DNA of 64,000 bases. Source: an uncultured beta proteobacterium. Its GTDB lineage: Bacteria; Pseudomonadota; Gammaproteobacteria; Burkholderiales; Gallionellaceae. Below are positions 39,852 through 50,392 of this stretch, piece by piece. Under the pieces are notes generated by a model. That model saw only the letters and a program-made list of their open reading frames with translations, was not told the origin of the DNA and ran no database searches. Position 1 is the first letter of the stretch; the number at the start of each line of letters is the position of its first letter. The position numbers and the translations under genes were made by a program. The stretch spans positions 26,708 through 90,707 of the forward strand of contig CAWDCY010000002.1 in assembly GCA_963800965.1 (NCBI GenBank). The letters run 5' to 3'.

Positions 39852-42800
39852 TCAAGATGTACCCGTTAAACTGTCATCTCGTTCGAGGCAATGTGCTAGC
39901 CATTGTGCGGTAAGCTTTTCCTGCACGGTATTTTGCTTGAGCCGTGCGTTCAAACCAGGGAAATATACGCAGTCCAGTTTCTGATCCTGGTTAAAACAGG
40001 AAAATACATAGGTCTTTTCCCCGGTCGAAATGTCGAAGTGTTCTTGAATGCACTGGCCGCAAATTTCTTTCATCATGCATTGCATTGGTGAATTGATGGA
40101 ACCATAGGCGTGATGATCCGGTTTCAAATAGGATTTTAGCTCGCTATGACGGGCAGCTGCAACGGCGGCCATCATTCTGTCCGAACCAATCGCAATGATG
40201 CGATCGACCTGATTCACCGCAATGTCTGGTTGTCCTAGTTCACCGCTGGCATAAGCTTTGATGGCCTGCACGATGTTGCCTACATAAGTTCGGTCTTGGG
40301 GACGATCCGGACTAAATCCAGGCGCTTCATCGCAGCACCAAATCACCACATCAGCGGCCATTTCGATGTCTTCCACCTTGTACCGGTCTATCATTTTTTT
40401 GTAGCCGGCAAAGTAAAGAACTTTAGAGCCAACACTACGGAATGCCTTGCCGATAGAAAATAGTACGGCATTGCCCAAGCCACCACCAGCCAGCAGTACT
40501 GTTTCCCCCGGAACAATTTCAGTGGGCGTACCCGTTGGCCCCATAAGCACTACTGGGTCACCGGGCTTCAGCGTTGCACATAACTGCGAAGAACCACCCA
40601 TTTCCAGCACGATAGTAGAGAGCAAGCCTTGCTCGGCATCAACCCAAGCGCCGGTCAGGGCTAAGCCTTCCATGACCATACGCGTACCCTCGGCTTGTGC
40701 GGCATAAGTCTCATAATTCTGCAGGCGATAAAATTGCCCCGGTTGAAAGTTTCGCGCCGCAGCAGGCGCCTTGACGATCACTTCGACAATATTGGGGGTA
40801 AGGCGGATCACTTGATGTATGGTGGCGCGCAGATCGTTGCTCAGGCGTGCAAGAAAGTTCTGATCGTTCTCTTTATCTGCAGCAGCAACCTGTGACAACA
40901 CCTTGCTCAACACCGGATAACCCTGCTTTGCACTGCCCATGGCCTTGACTACGTTGCCGGAATAAGAAGGATGCAGGTCACCGAAAAAACTGATGAAGCG
41001 GCCATCATGGTGCTTGTACTGAAGTACATGTGCTTTGGCCGGTTTGGTATTACTACGCTCTGGTTTTACTGGTTCCCCCTGTTCGTCACATGCCTGGAAG
41101 TAACGTCCATCAAGCTTGAATTGTTCTGGAAACTCGCGTGCCAGAACTGTGTTCGGTTGGGTGCCCGCAGCCACAAAGATGGTGTGGGCAGGTAGATGTA
41201 TTTGCCCGGCTTTCTGCCAGGCTCCCTCGGCATTTAATACCTGGTTCATCACCACCATGGCAGTCGCATTGCCATTTGTATCTACCTCTACCCTCACTGG
41301 GGTCAAACCTTCGGCAAAATAAATTCCTTCTTCCAGAGCTTTTTCCACTTCCTCATGATTGAGGGTATATGAAGGGCTGTCGACCAGGCGCTTGCGATAG
41401 GCCAAAGTGACGCCCCCCCATGATTTGATAAGCTGAAGGATGTTGGGGTTACGTCCTTCGATCAAGGCCATGGCCCGCTCTGCGCGTATAGCCCGAGCGT
41501 GACTCAAAAACTCGTCGCCTATCATTGCTTCATCCGCCGACCACATGCTGCGCAATGTCGATTCACCTTTTTCTGCTACCAGTATTTCGTAGCGGCAAAG
41601 AAATTTCTCAACTTGTACCGGATAATAGGCGAGAGATTCAGTGGCTGTATCAATAGCGGTTAAGCCACCGCCGATTACCACAACTGGCAAGCGAACTTGC
41701 ATGTTGGCGATGGAGTCAGGCTTGGCGGCACCCGTCAATTGCAATGCCATCAGGAAATCCGACGCAGTGCGAACACCGCATGCCATCCCATTTGGTATAT
41801 CGAGCAACGTCGGGCGGCCAGCACCAGCAGCCAGTGCAATATGATCGAAGCCCAACTCAAAAGCACTTTCGGCAGTAATGGTTCCACCGAAACGCACGCC
41901 GCCGAACAGCGCGAACTGTGTGCGCCGTTCCAGCAGCAGGCGAATGATTTTAAGGAAATTCTTATCCCATCGAATCGTAATGCCATACTCGGCCACTCCA
42001 CCAAAACCGGCCATAACCCTGTTATCCAGCGGCTCATTTAATTCGCTTGCATCATAGACCGGGCTAAATGCCACTCGATTGCCACCTGCATCCACGCCAG
42101 ATAAATCGCCCGGCAAGGGCTCGATTTTCAACCCGTCGACACCCGCAACAATATGACCATCGTTCATCAAATGATGTGCCAGTGTAAAACCGGCGGGACC
42201 CATGCCGACCACAAGCACACGCTTCCCGGTGGCGAGCTCGCGGATAGGGGCGACGAATATTGAGGGGATTCCACCGGGTGAGCAGGCTGTAAATTTCAAA
42301 GCCCCACGGCAACTCCAGAACATCCTTCAATGACCGGGTTTCAGCCTGCGGAATGTTTACCGACTCTTGCTTTTGATAAATGCATGATTTCATGCAGTCA
42401 TTGCAAATTCGATGACCGGTTGCAGCGCACATCGGGTTATCTACAACAATGACAGCCAAGGCAGCCAGTGCCAAACCAGACGCTTTAACTTTATGGAATT
42501 CGGAAATTTTCTCATCCACAGGGCAACCTGCCAGCAAAATGCCGAAAGCACTTTTCTTAAATGGAGGGGGAGCACCAGCAACGCCCGACTTTTTCCCGCA
42601 GTACCGATCGAGCAGGAATCTTTGCCTTGTTCGTGGCACCAAATGCAGTAATTAGCTTCACTCAAGGCACCAGCCAAGTCTGTACCTTTGTCTGTAAGGG
42701 CGAAACCCTTCGCGATGACGGAGATGGCTGTCCGCGAGACGATGTGCAGTGTAGGAAATATTTTCAACTGGAATGATAGGTACAAGGCGCTGAAAATCGA

Positions 42801-43435
42801 GCTTGGCAGGAATCTTGAACAACACGCCGTGCCCGTGGCGTTTTTTTCCGGCCGTGGTATGCACCGCCCAAGCCGCATAGCGCATGGCAGTATCAGCATC
42901 GATCAATATTTTTTGCCTCGGCATCGAGCCAGCTGTTAACGTGACGGGCAAAAAGCAATTCGCTCATTTCACCAGTGGTGTCGCCGAAAGCCTGCAATAA
43001 AGCGGTTCTGAGGTCGTCGCCATCAAAAGCCGCAGCATCCGCCGCCTTATATTTCTGTACTGCCTTACGCTGCACAAAAATACGTTTGCAGTGGAACAGC
43101 GGTGCCAGCTCATTGTGTCGTTCTGCCAACTCGCGTACCGCAATCTGAATATCAAATAATTGACCCAGAAAATCTTCCAGATGCGGAGCCAGATTAATAA
43201 TGAGCTGCGATTCTTCCAGATGCGTCATTTGGTCCGGTGCATTACGCGCTGTCGCCAGCCTTTCCGCCAGCAATGGTTCGCTCTCTGCAAGCTCGGCCAG
43301 AAAACAAGAGTCGATACGGAGTAACCCGTCGCAGCTGTAGAGATCTTCAAATTTCATTCCGAATCCCAGTTTTAAAACTGGGGGCGGAGCTACTTCACTA
43401 TCAGTGCTAAGTTGCTGAGAATTAAAGCTTTCCAT
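39852..43435 (-). pseudogene. Large Fe-S flavoprotein, GltD/NfnB-like plus PyrK/NfnA-like fusion, broken by about four frameshifts (or sequence errors)
   Basis: Five overlapping ORF pieces give in order YCIWCH..CS, GCPVDEKI, GHRICNDCMKSC, VVGMGPAG, IGGGLTAID, PGQFYRLQ, MGPTG, GGGLGNA, MQCMMKEICGQC...FSC. Confidence 0.8.
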
Positions 43436-43561
43436 GCAGTGCAAACTCCTAAATTTATCATGCGCTGTGAATTTAAAACCGGGGTGTCATGCACCCAACT
43501 GCAAGCGGGCATCTTGTTTACATGCGGGCAAAAATTCTGCGCTTCCAGTCCCTAATATATT

Positions 43562-43583
43562 AAAAAACCCGGCTATACCGGGC
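43562..43583 (-). terminator. Intrinsic terminator-like hairpin upstream of the flavoprotein gene
   Basis: Minus strand GCCCGGTATAGCCGGGTTTTTT. Confidence 0.45.
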
Positions 43584-43687
43584 AATAAAAATTTTATTAA
43601 CTCAGGATTATACGATTTTATCTCCGCCACCGCACTGCCATAGCATGAAAAAGTTATAATTCAGTACCCGCAATCTGAATTATTTAT

Positions 43688-45572
43688 ATGTCCACCATAC
43701 AGCTCTTATCTGATCTGCTAATTAACCAAATCGCTGCTGGCGAAGTTATCGAACGGCCTGCTGCTGCGCTTAAGGAGATGCTGGAAAATAGCCTGGATGC
43801 GGGTGCCACTGAAATCATCGTGCAGCTGGAAGGCGGCGGCGTGAAGCTGTTGCGTGTGCGCGACAATGGCATTGGCATTGCGCCGGAAGAGTTGCCGTTC
43901 GCCCTGATGCGCCATGCAACCAGTAAGATTGCCTCACTAGCTGACTTGCAGCGCGTCGCCAGCATGGGCTTTCGCGGCGAGGCTTTGGCCAGCATGGCGG
44001 CAGTGGCGCAGGTAACCCTTACCAGTCGCATGACGGAAAGCCAGCATGCTTGGCAGATTCAATCCGTGGATGGCACACAGAGCGAAGTTATTCCGGCCGC
44101 ACACGCTCAGGGCACCAGCGTGGAAATACGTGAGCTGTATTTCAACACCCCAGCGCGACGTAAATTTCTCAAGTCCGAAGCCACTGAGCTCGCTTATTGT
44201 GAGGAAACCTTCAAGCGCATCGCGCTGTCACGCCCGGATGTTGCCTTCAGCCTGCAGCACAACAACCGTATGATGTGGCAATTACCCACGCTACCACGGT
44301 CAGGCTGCACACCTCTTGCTTCGTCTCTTCAGGTTTCTGAAGTTGGTTGGGAAGAAAAAACCAGATGCATTGCCAAAACGCATCGAAGCCATGCTAAGCA
44401 AAGAGTTTGCGCAAAGTGCAGTGCCTGTCTCGCGCAAGGCAGCTGGATTGCATTTATATGGGATGGCTTCTCTGCCTGCTTATTCAAAAGCAACACGCGA
44501 AGCTCAATATTTTTTTGTGAATGGACGTTTTATCCGCGACAAGGTAATCGCCCATGCCATCCGACAAGCCTATCAGGATATTCTTCATCACCAGCGCCAT
44601 CCCGCCTTCGTGCTGTTTCTTGATATGCCGCCAGAATTGGTGGACGTGAATGTACATCCAGCCAAGATCGAAGTTCGCTTTCGTGAGAGTCAGGCCATTC
44701 ATCAATTCGTGTTCCATACGCTGCAACAAGTGTTGAGCACGCCCGTGGCGCTAACAGAAAACACGTCTGACCTGTCGAATCAACTAGCCCAGATTCCATC
44801 CGTGCAACGAACCATGTCGATGCAGCAGCCTGTGCAGCAACCTTTGCAGTTGCACATGGCGTCACAGCCGCTGGCTTTTTACGATGCTCTTTTTGGAAGG
44901 AAGGAAAGCAGGGGAGGGGAGGAGGAAAACCAAAATGATGCACCCAGTTTAAGCACGCCCTCTCAATCTTTCTTATCAGAAACAGAAATTCCGCCGCTCG
45001 GCTTTGCCTTGGCACAGCTTGCCGGTATTTACATACTGGCGCAAAACGCACATGGGCTGGTGGTGGTGGACATGCACGCCGCTCATGAGCGTATCGTATA
45101 CGAAAGACTTAAAACGGCACTTGATGGGCAGCAAATTCCCATGCAACCGTTGCTAATTCCGGTGAGCTTTGCGGCCGACGCATTGGACATTGCCACAGCC
45201 GAGGAAGAGCACGCAGCCATTGCACAGCTCGGTTTTGATATCGCTCCATTGTCACCGACAACTCTGGCAGTGCGGGCCATGCCTGCTATGCTTAAACAGG
45301 CTAACGCCGAAGCTGCCGCACGTGATGTGTTGCATGAAATGCGTGAATATGGCGCCTCTCGAGTGTTGACCGAACGACGCAACGAAGTGTTGTCCACGCT
45401 GGCTTGCCATGCCGCAGTGCGGGCCAATCAAATCCTGACCGTGCCTGAGATGAATCACATCCTGCGTGAAATGGAACGTACAGAACGCTCTGGTCAGTGC
45501 AATCATGGTCGTCCGACCTGGTTTCAAATGAGTATTGCTGAATTGGATACGCTGTTTATGCGGGGAAAATGA
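43688..45572 (+). CDS. mutL: DNA mismatch repair protein MutL, +1 frameshift at the A6 run 44355-44360 (error or pseudogene)
   Basis: [29 protein letters not shown] in the first frame; [26 protein letters not shown] in the second frame. Confidence 0.92.
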
Positions 45573-46522
45573 GCACGCCACTGCCGCCCGCTATTTTCCT
45601 TATGGGGCCTACCGCCAGCGGAAAGACCCAAGTGGCTGTGGAACTGGCACAGCAGCTTCCAGTTGAAATCATTAGCGTTGATTCCGCGCTGGTATATCGG
45701 GATATGAATATCGGCACTGCCAAACCCGAGGCTGCCGTCCTCGTTCAAGCGCCGCACCATCTGATTAATATACTTGACCCAACCAATGTTTATTCAGCCG
45801 CTGCTTTTCGCCAAGACGCACTGCACTTGATGAGTGACATTACTCAACGCGGACACATTCCTTTGCTGGTTGGCGGCACCATGTTGTATTTCCGCGCCTT
45901 GCTCCTTGGTCTGAATGAACTACCACAGGCCGACTTTGAAGTGCGTGCCGCTTTGGATGAAAAATCCATACGGTTCGGTTGGCCTGCACTGCATGCCGAA
46001 TTGGCTCAGGTCGATCCGGAAACAGCTGCTCTTCTAAAGCCAAATGACGCGCAGCGTATCCAGCGTGCGCTGGAAGTTTATCAACTCTCCGGCCAACCGA
46101 TGTCCGCGTTGTTTAAACAGCAAAAAAAACATCTGCTGCCCTATCACGTCATGCAGATTGCGCTCATTCCAAGTGAACGTAGCAAGTTGCATGCACGTAT
46201 CGCCACACGATTTGCTGCCATGCTTAAACTCGGCTTGGTAGATGAATTGCTTGCACTTAAAGAAAAATACTCGTTGCATCCCAATCTGCCCTCCATGCGC
46301 TGCGTAGGTTATCGTCAGGCATGGCAATTTATCGCCAGAGAAATAAACGAAACTGAGTTATTGGATAAAGGCAATGCCGCCACGCGCCAACTGGCTAAGC
46401 GTCAGCTTACGTGGTTGCGTGGCATGCCGGAAGTTATCGAATTTGATTGTTTAGCCGACAATCTAGCGCGGCAAGTGCTTACCGCCGTGTGTCAGCTACG
46501 AGATATATCGCCCACAAAGTGA
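45569..46522 (+). CDS. miaA: tRNA dimethylallyltransferase
   Basis: GPTASGKT, SVDSALVY, IGTAKP, VGGTMLY, TRQLAKRQLTW; follows mutL. Confidence 0.97.
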   Translation: MSTPLPPAIFLMGPTASGKTQVAVELAQQLPVEIISVDSALVYRDMNIGTAKPEAAVLVQAPHHLINILDPTNVYSAAAFRQDALHLMSDITQRGHIPLLVGGTMLYFRALLLGLNELPQADFEVRAALDEKSIRFGWPALHAELAQVDPETAALLKPNDAQRIQRALEVYQLSGQPMSALFKQQKKHLLPYHVMQIALIPSERSKLHARIATRFAAMLKLGLVDELLALKEKYSLHPNLPSMRCVGYRQAWQFIAREINETELLDKGNAATRQLAKRQLTWLRGMPEVIEFDCLADNLARQVLTAVCQLRDISPTK

Positions 46523-46570
46523 GATAAGGATTTTGCACTGAAAAAATCAGGAGCACAGTTCGTCAGAAGC

Positions 46571-47398
46571 TTATAGACCCTTCTCTTCCGCACCGACCAT
46601 AACCTTCACTTCTTCCGGAGTCATATGCAGGAGCTTACCTATATCTATGTAGTCATCGGGCAGAGCCGCATCGGCCCAGCCATTCGCGGAATGGCGCGCA
46701 AGATTGACGGCGAGCAAGACATTACGTACGCGCTGTTGATTGGCACACTCGCCATCCATCAGCATGATCAGCAGCTTGGGCAGTGACCATTTGAGTGCCA
46801 ATGCAGATTGCAAATGCAACAATGTAAAGCCCAACACCCGTTCCTGCGCATCATTGCTGCGCAATTTTTTATCCTGTTGCTGCATGGCACGGATCTTCAG
46901 CATATCTACAGGCGCAAAACACCACATCAGCAGTTCGGCAATATCAAATAGCAATGCAGCGATACGTACTTCCTCATGATGCATATCATTCAAGCGTACC
47001 GCCCAATCTACAGCGAAAGTGGACGCGCGGTTTGAGCGATGCATCACTCGCAATAAGCAGCTCAAGGCATCCATCCGTCCGCTTAGCACTGTTTCCGCCA
47101 GCGGTTCTGCCGGCACCATTTTAAAAAATATATCGAGACCCAACATCATTAATGCTTGATCTACCTCCACCAATTCATGCTCTTGGCTGGGATGCTTTTT
47201 CTGTTGCAAATGACGCAGCAGTTTGACGGTCATCATTGGGTCGTGTCTGATAACAAAAGCAACACTCCGCGCACTAAGGTTTTTTTCATTCTGGCGCAAG
47301 GCAGACAGATTGCGTGCGGTTTGTTTCAATACGGGGATATCGACTTGACTGAGAAAGTACACCCACTCTGCCAATTCCCGCATTTTATGATCTTGCAT
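46571..47398 (-). CDS. HDOD-domain protein
   Basis: DIPVL, DPMMTVKLL, ALMMLG, AALLFDIAELLMW, KWSLPKLL. Confidence 0.8.
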   Translation of the reverse strand: MQDHKMRELAEWVYFLSQVDIPVLKQTARNLSALRQNEKNLSARSVAFVIRHDPMMTVKLLRHLQQKKHPSQEHELVEVDQALMMLGLDIFFKMVPAEPLAETVLSGRMDALSCLLRVMHRSNRASTFAVDWAVRLNDMHHEEVRIAALLFDIAELLMWCFAPVDMLKIRAMQQQDKKLRSNDAQERVLGFTLLHLQSALALKWSLPKLLIMLMDGECANQQRVRNVLLAVNLARHSANGWADAALPDDYIDIGKLLHMTPEEVKVMVGAEEKGL

Positions 47399-47672
47399 AA
47401 TGTCTCCTTAACTTACCATTGCTAACCTATCGGATATCTCGACAAGCCTGGCATAATCTTTAGAGGTGTCCTGAAACTGGACTTCGGGCTGAGCCACAAT
47501 GAGAAAAATGGCTGGCGTGGGTTTCACTATCACGCTCACATTGAGCATTGCAGCCTATGGGCTCCTGGCACTGCGTCGATGCTTGTGTGTCGCACTTTAA
47601 AGTATGCTTTGACATTATGCTGTCCGCTATGCGATTGGATTGGTAGGATATTACGTTTGCGTCAAAATAAGG

Positions 47673-48512
47673 TTAATGATCAAGATCTCCCACCCGCACT
47701 TCTACCAGTGTGTTTAGTACCCATCCGGAACGCATATCGCTAGTCTGCACTTGTAGCCAGTCACCCAGATAGGCCTTTGCAGTCAGCGCGGAATCTTTTT
47801 TTAGTGTTACGAGCTTGGCCGCGTTGGTGAAGGGCTTTAGGCGCAGATTGACGTTGGTCTTGGCTCGTAACGGAATGGGGACGTTGAATGCTACCATCGC
47901 AAGGCGTGGATCTGAAGCTTTGCGGGAGTGGTTATCCTTCACCATTTCGATGAATTCTCGTGTCTGCGCGGCGTGGTCCATGGTTGTGCCGTAGTTTCCT
48001 TTGGCGTAGGACGTTGTAGCTGCATCGAGAAGACGCTGTGCCTGCAGTATTTGTTCGGGCACTGTGACCTGAGATAATTTTAAACTTGCTATAGCCACTT
48101 CTGCTTCCGCGATAGATGACGCGGCACCGGGCTTCGTGGCTAGCCGTCGCAACATAACCTGGTCACGGGTGACTTTGCTGGTGGATTCCTGTAAAGCCTT
48201 GGCCTGATCCTGTTGACGAGCGTTCAGATTTCGGATCAGCACATCTTTTTCCGTCAACAGCTGCTGCAGACGTTCGATTTCACGTTGCTGAACTGCGTAA
48301 GACTCTTGCGGCGGGCTTGGGGTTGAGGTTGGGGTTGCTGGGGTCGATTTCTGGAGGGTGCACCCCGTCATGTTCAAACCTAAAAATGCTACAACTGTTC
48401 CGCATATAATTTGTCGCGCCCAAATTTTGAGCAAGCACCTTGATTTGTACGACTGTATCCACAATCTTGCCACTTTTTCTGCCTCTATAATTATGATGCA
48501 ACCGTACCACAA
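47673..48512 (-). CDS. Putative lipoprotein with coiled coil and C-terminal SH3-like domain; start uncertain
   Basis: Lipobox-like LNMTGC, Pro/Thr linker, VNLRLKP...GDWLQV...SGWV. Confidence 0.65.
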   Translation of the reverse strand: MWYGCIIIIEAEKVARLWIQSYKSRCLLKIWARQIICGTVVAFLGLNMTGCTLQKSTPATPTSTPSPPQESYAVQQREIERLQQLLTEKDVLIRNLNARQQDQAKALQESTSKVTRDQVMLRRLATKPGAASSIAEAEVAIASLKLSQVTVPEQILQAQRLLDAATTSYAKGNYGTTMDHAAQTREFIEMVKDNHSRKASDPRLAMVAFNVPIPLRAKTNVNLRLKPFTNAAKLVTLKKDSALTAKAYLGDWLQVQTSDMRSGWVLNTLVEVRVGDLDH

Positions 48513-48660
48513 CGAACATTATTGCGCGGTTCAAATTACTGATCCCAACGCATATACATTATGATGCACAAACGGTTAAATAATTTCCTTGGAAAGGGCA
48601 TTTTTTGAATTTACCCATCGACAGATCGAAGAAGATTCGATGTGTATCTTTTTGGAGTAG

Positions 48661-48864
48661 GTGATGCAGCGCGTTTTTATCGTTCTGGGTATCGTGCTGC
48701 TGGTTATCGGCCTTCTCTGGCCATGGCTTTCCAAATTTCCCTTCGGGCGGTTGCCCGGCGATATCTCCATCACGCGTGAGAACTTCAGCTTTCACTTCCC
48801 GTTGATGACCAGTCTGTTGGTGTCGTTGCTGCTGATTCTATTACTATGGATGTGGCGGAAGTAG
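48661..48864 (+). CDS. DUF2905-family small membrane protein
   Basis: FGRLPGDISI...FHFPLMTSLLVS between two hydrophobic helices. Confidence 0.85.
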   Translation: MMQRVFIVLGIVLLVIGLLWPWLSKFPFGRLPGDISITRENFSFHFPLMTSLLVSLLLILLLWMWRK

Positions 48865-48869
48865 GTTCG

Positions 48870-49523
48870 TTATGCAGTTAAATATTGTAATAGTTGGGAT
48901 GGAAAATCAATTTCGCCTTGCGCAGGCCAGCTGGGTAATTCCTCTACGGAGCCGATGTAGCCATAGCGGGCAATGATGCAGCGCATCCCGGCGGCTTGCG
49001 CTGCTTCCGCGTCGCGTTTGTCATCACCCAGATACAGGCAGAGTTGTGGTGCGATTTTTAGCAATTCGCTGGCCTTAAGTAGCGAATCCGGGAAGGGCTT
49101 GGCACGCGCGCAAGTATCGCCGCTGATCAGGCAGGCAGCGCGTTGCGCATAGCCCAACGCTTGCATCAAAGGTAGGGTGTAGCGATGAGGTTTATTGGTG
49201 ACAATGCCCCACGGCAGGCCACGTTTTTCCAATATTTCGATCAGTTCCGTCATCCCCGGAAACAGGGTAGTGTAGACGCAAATATGGTCAGCATAATAAT
49301 CCAAGAAAGTATCGCGCAAATCCGCAAAATTTGGTGCATCCGGTTCAATGTTAAAACCCAGTTTCAGCAAGCCAAGAGAGCCATGTGAAGCTTGCGGGCG
49401 GATCGTTTCCAAGGGCATGGGTGGCCTGCCATGGAGGTTGAGCAGGTGGTTAAGGGCGGCTCCCAGATCGGGTGCGGTGTCAGCGAAAGTGCCGTCGAGA
49501 TCGAACAGGACGGCACTAGTCAC
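48870..49523 (-). CDS. gph: HAD-family phosphoglycolate phosphatase-like hydrolase
   Basis: [26 protein letters not shown]; overlaps ubiG. Confidence 0.85.
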   Translation of the reverse strand: MTSAVLFDLDGTFADTAPDLGAALNHLLNLHGRPPMPLETIRPQASHGSLGLLKLGFNIEPDAPNFADLRDTFLDYYADHICVYTTLFPGMTELIEILEKRGLPWGIVTNKPHRYTLPLMQALGYAQRAACLISGDTCARAKPFPDSLLKASELLKIAPQLCLYLGDDKRDAEAAQAAGMRCIIARYGYIGSVEELPSWPAQGEIDFPSQLLQYLTA

Positions 49524-50235
49524 GACGACAGGCGAGCAGGTAATTGACGTCTGTGTTCTGGCCGAGTGAATAGGTTTTATGAAGTGGGTGGTAACTCATG
49601 CCGCTGATGTCGCTGATGTTAAGCCCCGCATTGCGGCAAAATTGTGCGAGTTCGGACGGTTTAATAAATTTAGCATAATCGTGCGTGCCACGCGGAAGCA
49701 AATGAAGTAAATATTCCGCGCCAAGCACCGCGAAAAGATAGGACTTCGGGTTGCGGTTGAGGGTGGAAAAGAATACATGGCCGCCCGGCTTGGCTAGTTG
49801 CGCGCAGGCTACCACAGTGCTGGATGGGTCGGGCACATGTTCGAGCAATTCCATGCAAGTAACCACATCGTAGTGGCCAGCCTGTTCTGCCGCCAGGTCT
49901 TCCACGGCGATTTTGCGGTAGTCCACCTGTTGACCGCTTTCCAGCAAGTGTAGTTTGGCAACTTGCAGCGCTTTGTCGCCCAAATCGATGCCCGTCACCT
50001 GCGCGCCAAGTGCGGCCATGCTTTCAGATAGGATGCCGCCGCCACAGCCAACATCCAGCACAGTCTTGCCGGCCAGGGCTGCGATATGGTTGATATAGTT
50101 CAGGCGTAGCGGGTTGATTTCATGTAGTGGCTTGAATTCGCTGTCGGAATCCCACCAGCGATGAGCGAGTTGACTAAATTTTTCCAGTTCAATCGGATCA
50201 GCATTGGTCATGATGTGTTCATCATTCAGGGTCAA
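49516..50235 (-). CDS. ubiG: Ubiquinone biosynthesis O-methyltransferase
   Basis: [39 protein letters not shown]. Confidence 0.96.
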   Translation of the reverse strand: MTLNDEHIMTNADPIELEKFSQLAHRWWDSDSEFKPLHEINPLRLNYINHIAALAGKTVLDVGCGGGILSESMAALGAQVTGIDLGDKALQVAKLHLLESGQQVDYRKIAVEDLAAEQAGHYDVVTCMELLEHVPDPSSTVVACAQLAKPGGHVFFSTLNRNPKSYLFAVLGAEYLLHLLPRGTHDYAKFIKPSELAQFCRNAGLNISDISGMSYHPLHKTYSLGQNTDVNYLLACRRD

Positions 50236-50392
50236 ATGTGGAATGTATCAAAACTCGACTTGAACCGCCAGCCAATCAAACGACTTATTTCAGGTTATGC
50301 GCAGCAAAGAAATTATGTTTTGTCTCGCCTAGGGTGGCCATGTTAAACTTACAGATTGTTTTACAAGAAATTCTAGAGTGTCCGCTATACCT

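Noticed and set aside
39852-43435. Programmed ribosomal frameshifting in the flavoprotein gene
   Set aside because: Four shifts without a shared slippery motif; error or decay is more parsimonious
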